Positions 28,942 to 38,460 of a DNA stretch of 64,000 nucleotides are shown one piece after another. This DNA is from Chloroflexota bacterium. GTDB lineage: Bacteria > Chloroflexota > Dehalococcoidia > Lucifugimonadales > UBA3495. The stretch lies in contig JAPPMU010000024.1 in NCBI GenBank assembly GCA_028873965.1, forward strand, positions 16,503-80,502, given 5' to 3'. Made by a program: the position numbers and the translations under genes. The notes beneath the pieces are model-generated. The model had not been told where the DNA came from. It searched no databases and saw only the letters and a list, made by a program, of their open reading frames with translations. Each line of letters starts with the position of its first letter. The stretch's first letter is position 1.

Positions 28942-30888
28942 TTACTGGTTGAAATCCCAGACCGCGGCGCCCACGACGTAGTTTCCATCCGGCACAGTGT
29001 CATGAATGTTCATGGCGTGGGAGCTGCGCATAAAGTTCGCTATGCCGTCGTAATCATCGGCTGCGTTCTGTGATGAACGTTCATTGCGGAACAGGAATTC
29101 GATGTTGACGCTTCCAGTAGCCTGGGAATTGTCTATAGATGCGATTTTCCAGCCGTATCCCAAGCAGTTTTCGAAACCGCAACTCCGATCCGCCCACACG
29201 ACAATCCCGTCGGATAACCGGCTCATTATTTTGCGCATATCGTTGTTGTCGCTGGCGCTGGCCAGAGAGCCGGCCCCGCGGTACAGGCCCTGGAGTATTC
29301 CCTCCAAGCCGCCTCCGCTGTAAGCGATGTATTGATCAAACAGGATCACCTGCCCGCGCTGCCATCGCCACATCTCATAGCCCCGGTAATTGATCGCCTC
29401 GCCGTCTTGACCTTGCAGCTTGCTCCTGACGGAGGCCAGGTCAAAATCGCCGTGCAGCACGGTCAACTGTGCATCGTTCACAAAGGCAATTTCTGAAACA
29501 TTATCCGGATTGATGTCGTAGTGGTTCTTGATGAAGTCAATAGCGTCGAAAATCTGGCGTTCCTGCCGGCTGGGCAAGAAACTGCCGGATTCGGTTTGAC
29601 CCCACCGGACCAGCAAGATCCGGTGGCTATTTTGCGGCACCAAGTCAAACGTCGATTCCGGCTCACGGAGCGGGACCGGAGTGGCGGTTGGAGTAGGCGC
29701 TGGGGTGTTCGTTGGTCGCGCTGTTGCGGCCTGCGCCTGCGGGATAGTAGCAGCCGGCTGCGCCGGTACCAGACGCGGCGTTGCCGCCACCGCCCGGGGA
29801 GATTCAGTAGCGGTCGGCGCCCGCGCGGTTCCGCTGCCGCGGCGACCTCCGCTCTCGTTGTTCTGATTTGAGGAGCGGGAACTGGCGTCGTCCGAGTCAA
29901 CGAATTCCGCGGTGCCGTCGCCGACCACAAACTCACCGTCGGCTTTCACGTCGCCGATGTCCAAGTCAAGCGCGTATCCGGCAAATAATTCTTTAACAAA
30001 CTCGTCGATTCCCACGTCGCCTTCCGCTGCCGTCGCCGCGCGTTCCGAACTGAACTTCACGGCGTAGGAAGCCGGTATCAATTCGCTATCGTCGCTTTCC
30101 CTAATGGCAAACGCCAGCCCTTCACAACGTTCAATGACGCATTTTTCGGACAGGGCTGCAAATCGCAGCCACCCGTCGCCAACCTGATCCAAGATGCTTT
30201 TTAGCTCGCTATCCTCGGCGTCGGCGAGCTTCTCAGGTGCGCGGCTCTTCAGCGTGAGCATATCTTCCAAGTCATCCTGCCGTTCAACGGCCATAACGAC
30301 ATACCCGTCCTTCTCGAACAACGCCACGGCCGGCGGCTGTTGACCGGGGCATTCCCAGAGTTCAAAACCACGGTAGTCGTCGTCTTCGCAGTCCAGCCCG
30401 TCTTCCAGTTCTTCGCGAATGACATCGAACCGGAAATCACCCTGCGCAATTTCCAGCGTAACGTCCAAGTTCTCGTCGCCTATTACCGTTGCGCCAAGCG
30501 CAACGTCGTCATCGTCAATTTCGAGGGCTTTGTAAGTTTCCGAAGAAATCCCGAGGTCGTCGGAATCTTCATCTTCCTCCTCCAGCCATTCGATGTAGTC
30601 TTCGGGAATGTCGCCGCTCAAAGCCGCCTGATTGTCCCATATCACAACTGCCACGGCATTGCCCGGAATATAGGCCAGCACGTCGCTGCCCCCGGAAGCG
30701 CCGCCTCCACCGCCACCGCCAAACACGCCGGTCACCAGCAACACGACGACCACGATGACCACCACCAGCGCGGCGGCGCCACCTCCGGCGATCCCGAGCA
30801 TCTTGCCCGACATGGTGAAGCCGCCGCCGGCAGGGCTGCCTTGGGGCTGGGGCTGTTCGTTCCTTTCTTGGTCTCCATTGGCTGCCAT
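28942..30888 (-). CDS. large membrane-anchored extracytoplasmic protein with an internally duplicated domain
   Basis: ATG at 30888 follows AGGAGGAAC. There is an N-terminal TM helix plus a poly-Gly stretch, acidic regions and a Pro/Thr/Ala linker. Two related segments are present (GDFRFDVIREEL...YRGFELWE and GDFDLASVRSKL...YRGYEMWRW). Confidence 0.6.
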   Translation of the reverse strand: MAANGDQERNEQPQPQGSPAGGGFTMSGKMLGIAGGGAAALVVVIVVVVLLVTGVFGGGGGGGASGGSDVLAYIPGNAVAVVIWDNQAALSGDIPEDYIEWLEEEDEDSDDLGISSETYKALEIDDDDVALGATVIGDENLDVTLEIAQGDFRFDVIREELEDGLDCEDDDYRGFELWECPGQQPPAVALFEKDGYVVMAVERQDDLEDMLTLKSRAPEKLADAEDSELKSILDQVGDGWLRFAALSEKCVIERCEGLAFAIRESDDSELIPASYAVKFSSERAATAAEGDVGIDEFVKELFAGYALDLDIGDVKADGEFVVGDGTAEFVDSDDASSRSSNQNNESGGRRGSGTARAPTATESPRAVAATPRLVPAQPAATIPQAQAATARPTNTPAPTPTATPVPLREPESTFDLVPQNSHRILLVRWGQTESGSFLPSRQERQIFDAIDFIKNHYDINPDNVSEIAFVNDAQLTVLHGDFDLASVRSKLQGQDGEAINYRGYEMWRWQRGQVILFDQYIAYSGGGLEGILQGLYRGAGSLASASDNNDMRKIMSRLSDGIVVWADRSCGFENCLGYGWKIASIDNSQATGSVNIEFLFRNERSSQNAADDYDGIANFMRSSHAMNIHDTVPDGNYVVGAAVWDFNQ

Positions 30889-31023
30889 CGCAGGTTCCTC
30901 CTGGGTTGGACAAGTTTGCTGTCTGAATTTGGTGATGACCGGCGCGCCAACGGCGGCCACAAAACCGTCAGCGCGCCGGCCGTATTGGGACATGTCATCA
31001 AGGTGAAGTCGCTCGCGTAGTTA

Positions 31024-31446
31024 TCAAGGGGTTCCCGACTGACTGGCTGCCATCGCTTCCTGAATCTTCTCAACGAGCTCCCAGTCGTAGGCAACGTTTC
31101 GTAGCCTTACCCCCCGGCCATCGGTTCCGCGAATGGTCACCGTCTTGGTCAGCGAACCGGAGCGGGTTACGCCTGCTATCTCCTGATGCTCAAACTCGAC
31201 CATGCGTCTGCCGCTTCCCCACCCGGACACGATTACTCGCCTGGTGGTGATGATGCACTCGGCGTCTCTGAATTTCGCATACTGGATCATGCCGACCACC
31301 AGAATGATGAGACCTGGCAACAGGAAGAAGAAAAACCCGATGATCGCCCCGCACCCGATGGACATCCAATAGCTTTGGGTGTTCGGCGCGGCGACGTAGA
31401 TTACCTGCTCGTCGGGAGCAAGAGCGGTGAACATGCGGGAGCGCAT
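31024..31446 (-). CDS. bacterial PH-domain (YdbT/DUF304-like) membrane protein
   Basis: A two-TM hairpin is followed by ECIITTRRVIVSGWGSGRRMVEFEHQEIAGV. Confidence 0.5.
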   Translation of the reverse strand: MRSRMFTALAPDEQVIYVAAPNTQSYWMSIGCGAIIGFFFFLLPGLIILVVGMIQYAKFRDAECIITTRRVIVSGWGSGRRMVEFEHQEIAGVTRSGSLTKTVTIRGTDGRGVRLRNVAYDWELVEKIQEAMAASQSGTP

Positions 31447-31488
31447 GGGCGACTACCTCTTCTAGAGTTGGGACGCAACGGGGCGTAG

Positions 31489-31827
31489 TCAGGGCGCTGG
31501 GCCGTACTCGTTGTCGTCGTCGCTGCCCAACAACGTGAAGATGAACAGGATGACGGCTCCGAACAATGGGACCAAGCTCCACAACAGCGACCATCCGCTG
31601 CGGCCAGTGTCATGGAGCCTGCGGACCCACACCGCCCACGTTGGCAAAAACGTCGCCAGCGCATACAGGAATACCAGGACCATCGGCCACCAACTGCCGC
31701 TCGACAATCCCACCAGCAACAGGCCCCAAGTGATGACCGAGTTGAGCAGCACATAAGTCCAGTACTCCAGCCGAGTTGCTCTCCCGCTGAAGTCGGCATA
31801 TTTCAGGAAAGGCCCTATAAACGGCAT
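31489..31827 (-). CDS. DUF805-family inner membrane protein
   Basis: FSGRATRLEYWTYVL ... VRRLHDTGRSGW are DUF805 hallmarks. ATG at 31827 follows GGAGG. Confidence 0.7.
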   Translation of the reverse strand: MPFIGPFLKYADFSGRATRLEYWTYVLLNSVITWGLLLVGLSSGSWWPMVLVFLYALATFLPTWAVWVRRLHDTGRSGWSLLWSLVPLFGAVILFIFTLLGSDDDNEYGPAP

Positions 31828-32756
31828 GGTACGTACCTCCCAATCCAATGGCTCGCGGGCTCTCGACGCGACGCACTCAGGGGTGGTCCGCCGGCGCATC
31901 AACGCGTTGTGAAAGCGACATTCGCCGGCGCGCCAACCCGCGGAACATTTCCCAAATGTCGGGCGCGCGCTCAGGGATCACGGCCTTTTCGTCGCATAGT
32001 GAAGCAACGACTACCGGCATATCAGCGACGGGCCGCCACACCGCTATCCGGCATGGGTTTGGATGGGGCGCGAACGTAGTTGCCGGCGCGCGGGGCAACG
32101 ACTGCGATGAACAACGCAGGAAGTCCATCCGCAACGGCGTGGCCGGTTGGCGTTCCAACGGGGGTGAAGCTACCCGCGCGTTGTGAACGACCTGCCGCAA
32201 CGAGGATAGGCGGAACGCCCGGCGCGGCGGTTGCTTGACCAAACGGCCAAGTGGTAGCATGGACATAGTTCACCCCCCACGGGTGCGCTATGGGTCGCCG
32301 AGCCACTGCCAAGAGTCCGGCGACCTTTCGCTTGTTGGGGAGGGGAACCCGCCGCTACCGCCGGCGGTGGAACCTCTCCCACGATTCAGGATAAGGCTAC
32401 GTTGCAACAGTCGCCGGCGTCCCGATTTAGCGTGAGCCTCGCAGGAGAGGCACAAGGCCAAACCTGAACAAGGACTCACACGAATAGACGGGCTTCCGCC
32501 CGCGACTGTTGCGCGGCTAATTTCCCACACCAAGGCAGAATCGTCAAGCGACGAAACAGCGAAACTTGGAACTGGAACCGGGTCACCAGAAAACGGTGTC
32601 CCCGTTTTCTGACCACCCGGCAATCGCTTCCGCTGTCCATGCGAGCAGCCCAAGTTTCAGCGATGGAACCACTTAGAGGACCGAAGGTGCCTCACTGGCG
32701 CGCAACAGCTTGCTCGCCGGGCCAGCCCTCTCACGGCGGTCAATAAAATTTCGGGG

Positions 32757-34517
32757 ATGGCCGACAATCCCCTCAATGCCGTCAACCGCGGCGTCTACAT
32801 CTCCGACAACCTGCCGTTCCTGCAACGCCTGAACGACGAGTGCGTTGACCTCGTCTGCATCGACCCGCCCTTCGCAAAGAACGAAACCTTCGGGCGCAAG
32901 AACGACAAGTCGCCGGACCCCTTGAAGCCGCCGCTCTCCGACGTGGAGCGCGCCACCGAGCTGGCGCTGCTGCGACGCTGGGACATCAATAGCCCAGCAG
33001 ACGCCACGGCCAAAGGCATCGACTGGCCGGAGACGGCCTACAAGGACTTCTGGTCGTGGGAACGCGACGTTCATGAGGAATGGCTGCGGGACATCGAGGA
33101 CGACTACCCAGCCATCGCCAAGCTGATTGACGTGACGCGGGAGATCCACAATGACGGAACGGCGGCCTACCTGTGCTACATGGCCGTGCGGCTGTTCGAG
33201 ATCCGGCGGGTGCTGAAGGACACCGGCAGCCTGTACCTGCACTGCGACCACACGGCGGGCGCCTACCTGCGCCAACTGCTGGACGCCGTGCTTGGCAACG
33301 GCGCAGACGGAGCCCCTGGATTCCGCAACGAAATCAACTGGCGCAGTACATCCGCCCACAGCGACTCCAACCGTTACGGCGCCAACACCGAGACCATCCT
33401 GTTCTACACGAAGGCCAACCAATGGTACTGGCAAACTCAATTCCAAGGTTACGACGCCAAACACCTTGCTCGCTTCCATTACAAAGACCCCGACGGACGA
33501 GCCTGGCAGGACGACAACCTGACCGCCAAGGGGCTCGCCGGTGGCGGCTACGAGTACGAGTACAAGGGCGTCTCCTCACTATGGCGAGTACCGCTCTCGA
33601 CTATGCAAGAACTTGACCGCCAAGGACGCTTGCACTTCACCAGCAAAGGCGGCATCCGCCGTAAGCGCTACCTCGACGAATCCCTCGGCAGGCCCGTCCA
33701 ACAACTCTGGGACGACATCAGCCCCTTGAATTCACAGGCCAATGAGCGTACTGGCTACCCGACGCAGAAGCCCGTCGCCCTTGCCGAACGCATCATCAAG
33801 GCGTCCTGCCCCGAGGACGGCGTGGTACTCGACTGCTTCGCCGGCTGCGCTTACGTCGCCATCGCCGCCGAGCGGCTCGGCCGCAACTGGGTCGCCTGCG
33901 ACATCAACGCCCGCGCTTGGACCGTCTTCAAGCGCCAGTTCTCGAAACCCAAATTGGCGATGCTCACCTGCGCCGAGCCAATGCACAACCTGCAACCCGC
34001 CCTGATAGCCAACTCGGTCACCGTGCACGGCCCCGAAGAGCTGCCGATCCAGACCGTAGCCAGATCAGAACAACCAGCACCAGCGTTGAAGATACGCGAC
34101 AAGCCTCGCGGGTTCAAAGTGCCAGCCAGCATCATCCCTGAGCAGGAGATGCTCGGTATGTTGCTGGAACTCTCCAGCTACACCGCCTGGTGCTGCGGTT
34201 TTGCCAATCGGAAGTCCGATGGCACCATCGTCAAGACGCGACGCAACTTCCATCTGGACCATCTGGCACCAGTGTCCAAAGACGGCACCAGCCACGACAT
34301 ACAGAACCGCGCGCCGATGTGCCCCGACCACAACATCCGCAAGAGCAACCGCCAAATCGCGCTATCCCAGTATCGGCAAGAAATTGCCGACGCCGGCGAA
34401 CTGATGGTGGACTCCGTGGAAGAACTGATCAACCTGAATGAAGCCCTCGCCAGCGCCATGGTGATGTTCGGGGAAGCCTACGCACAGAGGTGCCCCCAGC
34501 GCCGGCTACCGATCTAG
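32757..34517 (+). CDS. DNA N4/N6-methyltransferase fused to a C-terminal HNH nuclease motif
   Basis: Motif IV CIDPPFAK lies near the N-terminus. SAM motif I VLDCFAGCAYVAIAAERLGRNWVACDIN lies later, giving a beta-class order. The HNH motif HLDHLAPVSKDGTSHDIQNRAPMCPDHNIRKSN is encoded at about 34251-34349. Confidence 0.8.
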   Translation: MADNPLNAVNRGVYISDNLPFLQRLNDECVDLVCIDPPFAKNETFGRKNDKSPDPLKPPLSDVERATELALLRRWDINSPADATAKGIDWPETAYKDFWSWERDVHEEWLRDIEDDYPAIAKLIDVTREIHNDGTAAYLCYMAVRLFEIRRVLKDTGSLYLHCDHTAGAYLRQLLDAVLGNGADGAPGFRNEINWRSTSAHSDSNRYGANTETILFYTKANQWYWQTQFQGYDAKHLARFHYKDPDGRAWQDDNLTAKGLAGGGYEYEYKGVSSLWRVPLSTMQELDRQGRLHFTSKGGIRRKRYLDESLGRPVQQLWDDISPLNSQANERTGYPTQKPVALAERIIKASCPEDGVVLDCFAGCAYVAIAAERLGRNWVACDINARAWTVFKRQFSKPKLAMLTCAEPMHNLQPALIANSVTVHGPEELPIQTVARSEQPAPALKIRDKPRGFKVPASIIPEQEMLGMLLELSSYTAWCCGFANRKSDGTIVKTRRNFHLDHLAPVSKDGTSHDIQNRAPMCPDHNIRKSNRQIALSQYRQEIADAGELMVDSVEELINLNEALASAMVMFGEAYAQRCPQRRLPI

Positions 34518-34769
34518 CCGTGCCGAAGCCATTGAAGCCGTCGGGAATAAGACTAGCGGTGGGCTGATCAATTTGGGATACCCCTGCCCCCGCTATCACG
34601 GGCCACTGTCCTGCACTGAAAAAACAGCAGGCCGTTACGAAACAGCCAACGCTGCGGGCGTTTCCAGACGCCGACCTCCCGGAATCCAAGAGGCGATTTC
34701 CTTGCGCGACTTCGGAAACTCTGCTCCTGAAAATAGCTGTGACAACGACTTCGAATCAGCGAGATCGCC

Positions 34770-35099
34770 TCAATCAGTTTCGGTCGTATCGACCCCCTCA
34801 TCCTTGAGACGCTGTTCCAACCCGATCATTCCGTTATCGTCTTGGACACCGTCGTCGTAAAGTTCCAGCCATTCTTGTTGGATAGCCCCCATTGCCCCGC
34901 TGAGTGCTTCTTCACAAGTTTCATACCTGCGAATGAGCAGGTTTGAGACGTAAGGCATATTCTTGTCGTACGCCACCGCTTCCCAGGGAAGGCCAGTGCG
35001 GCGATGTCGGATAACTATCCCAAATTGGGCAGTCTCCAACGTCAGTGATCGTTCTGTTCGCTTTTTGAGCGAAAAATCCTTTAGTTGTGGCACTGGCAT
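34770..35099 (-). CDS. hypothetical protein
   Basis: ATG at 35099 lies 5 nt after GGAGGAG. 109 aa. No family recognised. Confidence 0.45.
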   Translation of the reverse strand: MPVPQLKDFSLKKRTERSLTLETAQFGIVIRHRRTGLPWEAVAYDKNMPYVSNLLIRRYETCEEALSGAMGAIQQEWLELYDDGVQDDNGMIGLEQRLKDEGVDTTETD

Positions 35100-35356
35100 C
35101 GCGTCTCCTCCATGAGGCATTTTGGAGGTCTCAAGGCCTCTGACGCATATCATACCACCCGTGTCGCAAAAATCTGTTACCTGACGAGGCAAGTGCAGAA
35201 ATCTCAAGGGCCACTGAATTGCGAAATTCGTTGAATTAGCGGTCAATCTCGTCCCCAGCCACTCTAGAATTCGGAGTGGGGAAATCGCCTTTTGCGTCAC
35301 TAGCGGTTATAATTCAGCTACTCATCACACGTCTCACAGCCATCAAGGAGAAGCCT

Positions 35357-35605
35357 ATGACCACCACACAGGAAACTCAACCATACGACCTCGCCCAGCT
35401 CGTTGCTTATCACGAGATGCGTCAAAGCCTAGAAGACGACTACTTCGGTCGCTGGGTCGTTATCCACAACTGCGAACTTGCCGGCGACTACGAAACCTAC
35501 GACGAAGCGCGTGCCAGAACTCGAAAGGAAGGTTTCAACCTCCTGGACTGCCTGATTCAGAGAGTTGGCGTCGAGCCGCCTATCATCGTGTCCTACAGCT
35601 CCTGA
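35357..35605 (+). CDS. small antitoxin-like protein (DUF5678-like pattern)
   Basis: ATG at 35357 follows AAGGAGAAG. FGRWVVIHNCELAGDYETYDEARA fits the GxWVAI..gevv pattern. The stop lies 1 nt before the next ATG. Confidence 0.4.
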   Translation: MTTTQETQPYDLAQLVAYHEMRQSLEDDYFGRWVVIHNCELAGDYETYDEARARTRKEGFNLLDCLIQRVGVEPPIIVSYSS

Positions 35606-35606
35606 C

Positions 35607-35999
35607 ATGCCGCACGCCATTGCGGAGTACCACGCTCCGTCAATCGACTTCCTGATCGAGAACGGGCCTCATATCCAAGTACTCGTTGCGGAGCGCCCCA
35701 CCGTAGCGTTGCTGGATTCCGGGTCCCGCTTGTCCTACGTCGACATCGAACTCGCGGAAGACCTCGGAGCTCCTGAAACCGGTGCACATACGGTTCGCAG
35801 CGCAACCGGGCAAGAGAACCTCCCGTCCTTTGGCCTCAGTCTGCGAATTCCCGTGCTGGACTTATCCCTCGGCCCGCCACTCCCCGGAGTGCCGCTCAGA
35901 AAACAAGGGCACTTTTGGCAAGTGATAGTCGGCCGCGACGTCCTCAGCGCATACCTTATGACCATTGACTGGCGAACCGGCCTGATCCGCCTCAGCTGA
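35607..35999 (+). CDS. retropepsin-like (clan AA) aspartic protease
   Basis: Catalytic ALLDSGS motif and C-terminal VIVGRDVLSAYLMTIDWRTGLIRL. Confidence 0.65.
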   Translation: MPHAIAEYHAPSIDFLIENGPHIQVLVAERPTVALLDSGSRLSYVDIELAEDLGAPETGAHTVRSATGQENLPSFGLSLRIPVLDLSLGPPLPGVPLRKQGHFWQVIVGRDVLSAYLMTIDWRTGLIRLS

Positions 36000-36200
36000 C
36001 GGCACACCCTGCCGCCTGCCTGCTCTTTCCGCTAATCGCCCCCGCCGTCGCACGCCGGCCCCCTCCGGAAATCATCTACGTGATGATTGTTCCCATGCCA
36101 ACCCGTGCCCATCCAGTGACACCGTCCCGCAGCGCGGAAGTGCCCGACGCCGACAAAATGTAGACATAGCCGACCATCGGCACCGCCGTCCGCCACCGGC
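35841..36200 (+). repeat. ~350 bp direct repeat, copy 1 (3' end of the protease gene plus downstream sequence)
   Basis: Aligns by eye over most of its length with 38304-38640. Shared blocks include CTCAGAAAACAAGGGCACTTT, GACGGCACACCCTGCCGCCTGCC and GCGCGGAAGTGCCCGACGC. Confidence 0.75.
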
Positions 36201-36401
36201 GAGGGGCAGAAGGTTTCACTATCGGTGATCAATGACACTTGGCACATGACCAATTTATTCACGGGCTATAGCATGGAGAAGCGATTCCGGCGATGCGTGC
36301 CAGTTCGCTTAACACAGCGTCTAATACCATACCTTCCTCGGCACCGACACCGTTTTCCTGGGCGAAACACGCTCGACCGCGAGGTTACGTAGATTGTACG
36401 C

Positions 36402-38255
36402 TCAACCAACCCACCTCTCGGTAAGCAATACAAAAAATGTCAATACAATACCGGACCCCATCAGGACCGAGATCAACACGTCAGTCCTTCGCCTTCCGCT
36501 ATCGAAAAAACGCACTGCGTGACCGTCATGTTCATCCCGAAAGGCCAGCTTTGGCTCGCCGCGTTCTCTCTGAAGATCCCAGACATTCACCGTCAGGAAA
36601 ATAACCACCGTGGATAGCAAAATTGCAAACATATCGACCAAAACCCTTTGCCATCCACCCACGTCAAGCCGCGAAAACAGCCCGAACACCACAGTAATTC
36701 CAGCGAACGCCACCAACGCGAATAACTCCCCCAGTCCGATCCCTTGCCCCTTAGACCTGACTAGCATATCCAACTCTGATCTGGCGCTCACCAGCATCTG
36801 CACGTCCGCATCGCGAAGCGGACATACCCCAGCCAAGCAATCCATAGCTAGCTCGTAAGCCACCTGGAGTTCGTCGTCATCCCGCGAGCAGTCTATTCGC
36901 ATCACATGAGTCAAGATTTCCCCGCTCAATACATTCCGCTCCACTAACTGTTGAATACTCCGGTACACCACGAACGTCTGGTTTACCTCGGAGTTGATGC
37001 GCGTGACGAGCCGCGCCACCCTGAATGCCAGAAGCAACGTGAATACCGTCGCCGACAACGTGATCGTCTCAATATACCCCGCAGATGTCCACACCCATTG
37101 ATCGACGCCCACCCTCGGGAAAATCTCTTCCCTGACGTAAACAAACGCACCGCACAGCCAAAGCGCGACTAGTAGGCCTGAAAACCCGAACCTTCTCTCT
37201 GCTTCAAAGTTGACAAGAAGGTTTACCGTGATCACCGCGGCCGTCCCTACAACCAAGTATTGCCACGATGCCACGCCCACAAAGGCAAAACACCATAGCC
37301 ACAATAGCGAAAATAGAGGAGTCGCATATCCGAGAGCATTTATCCCGAGATTTCGCGTCTCCAAGTTCGCCTTTCTCCAAAACACACTCGGTACAGAATT
37401 CAAGAACAGGCCGCCCAGCACCGCGACCCCAACCGTTCCGAGTAATACGCTAGTGTTCGCATCCTCGTTGAAGCTGAACCCAATCATCAGGTTCAACGGA
37501 ACGCAGATTGCATTGGCAATGAGATTTACTGCCACTACGCAGAACACGTCAGCTCGACCATCATCCGGGGCGAGGCCCCGGTCCACCATATCGCGCCCGA
37601 CATCCACACTCCACCTGAATGCGTACGCCGCGCAAGCTGCGGCTACCGTAGCGGCAACGGCTAAACCCAAACCCCGCCCAATGGACCATGCGCTGTTCTC
37701 GTCTAATCCCCAGAACATCCCCGTCTGGGCAAATACCACGAATCCTATGCCTGCCAATCCGACGGACATCAATAACAACGTCGTAATAGTGACCGGACGA
37801 TACCTACGTTCTCGCCGAAACAGGTAAGCAGTCAACCAAATCACCCCTATGTGGTACAACTCGTAGACCACCGCCACGATGGAAATATCGACGTACCTCG
37901 CAGACAACGAAAACAACGCCAGCTCGAAATTGTTGAACACTATTGGTATGAACATCCAGCACGCGATTCGTCTGCGCACCAGCCTGCGGACCGCTCGGTC
38001 ACGAATTAGGTGCCGATACCATAGCCACAAAAACAGCCCGTAGCCAAAAGCCAACCCCAGCCTCCACCCTGCGTTGAATAGGAACGGGGCGGTAATACCT
38101 CCCGCCACAGCAATCATCAACGGGATCGTCGAATAGATCCCAACCGCTGCCGCCATGTATCCTAACGCCGCACGGTCCCCCGTAGCGCCCAAGCGAACAA
38201 AAGTAGCGAATCCAGCTACAACAGCGGAAACGCGGCGTTCCATCAATTCAAGCAT
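36402..38255 (-). CDS. large polytopic membrane protein of unknown function
   Basis: About 617 aa from ATG 38255. About 10 N-terminal TM helices (DMT-like appearance) are followed by a soluble helical segment and then 3-4 more TM helices. GC is lower than in the flanks. The N-terminal 57 codons of the track ORF are antisense to the repeat and are not credible. Confidence 0.6.
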   Translation of the reverse strand: MLELMERRVSAVVAGFATFVRLGATGDRAALGYMAAAVGIYSTIPLMIAVAGGITAPFLFNAGWRLGLAFGYGLFLWLWYRHLIRDRAVRRLVRRRIACWMFIPIVFNNFELALFSLSARYVDISIVAVVYELYHIGVIWLTAYLFRRERRYRPVTITTLLLMSVGLAGIGFVVFAQTGMFWGLDENSAWSIGRGLGLAVAATVAAACAAYAFRWSVDVGRDMVDRGLAPDDGRADVFCVVAVNLIANAICVPLNLMIGFSFNEDANTSVLLGTVGVAVLGGLFLNSVPSVFWRKANLETRNLGINALGYATPLFSLLWLWCFAFVGVASWQYLVVGTAAVITVNLLVNFEAERRFGFSGLLVALWLCGAFVYVREEIFPRVGVDQWVWTSAGYIETITLSATVFTLLLAFRVARLVTRINSEVNQTFVVYRSIQQLVERNVLSGEILTHVMRIDCSRDDDELQVAYELAMDCLAGVCPLRDADVQMLVSARSELDMLVRSKGQGIGLGELFALVAFAGITVVFGLFSRLDVGGWQRVLVDMFAILLSTVVIFLTVNVWDLQRERGEPKLAFRDEHDGHAVRFFDSGRRRTDVLISVLMGSGIVLTFFVLLTERWVG

Positions 38256-38303
38256 GGCAGCAGGGATTCTACCATCACTTACCTCACCTACCGCTGACCT
38301 CCG

Positions 38304-38460
38304 TTTGCGAATCCCTGCCCTGGATTTATCTGTCGGGCCGCCGCTTCCCTGAGTGTCACTCAGAAAACAAGGGCACTTTCGGCAAGTGATAGTCAGCTGC
38401 GACGTCCTCGGCGCATACCGGACCACTGATCAGCGAACCAGCCTGATTCGCCTCAGTTGA
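38304..38460 (+). pseudogene. duplicated 3' fragment of the retropepsin-like gene with an in-frame stop
   Basis: Reads LRIPALDLSVGPPLP-TGA-VSLRKQGHFRQVIVSCDVLGAYRTTDQRTSLIRLS-stop, against the intact copy LRIPVLDLSLGPPLPGVPLRKQGHFWQVIVGRDVLSAYLMTIDWRTGLIRLS. Confidence 0.7.

Noticed and set aside
31848-32653. ORFs of 96-129 aa on both strands in the 850 bp island gap
   Set aside because: Compositionally shadow-like (Arg/Pro/Ala/Gly), mutually overlapping, without starts with an RBS and without motifs. The region is treated as non-coding.
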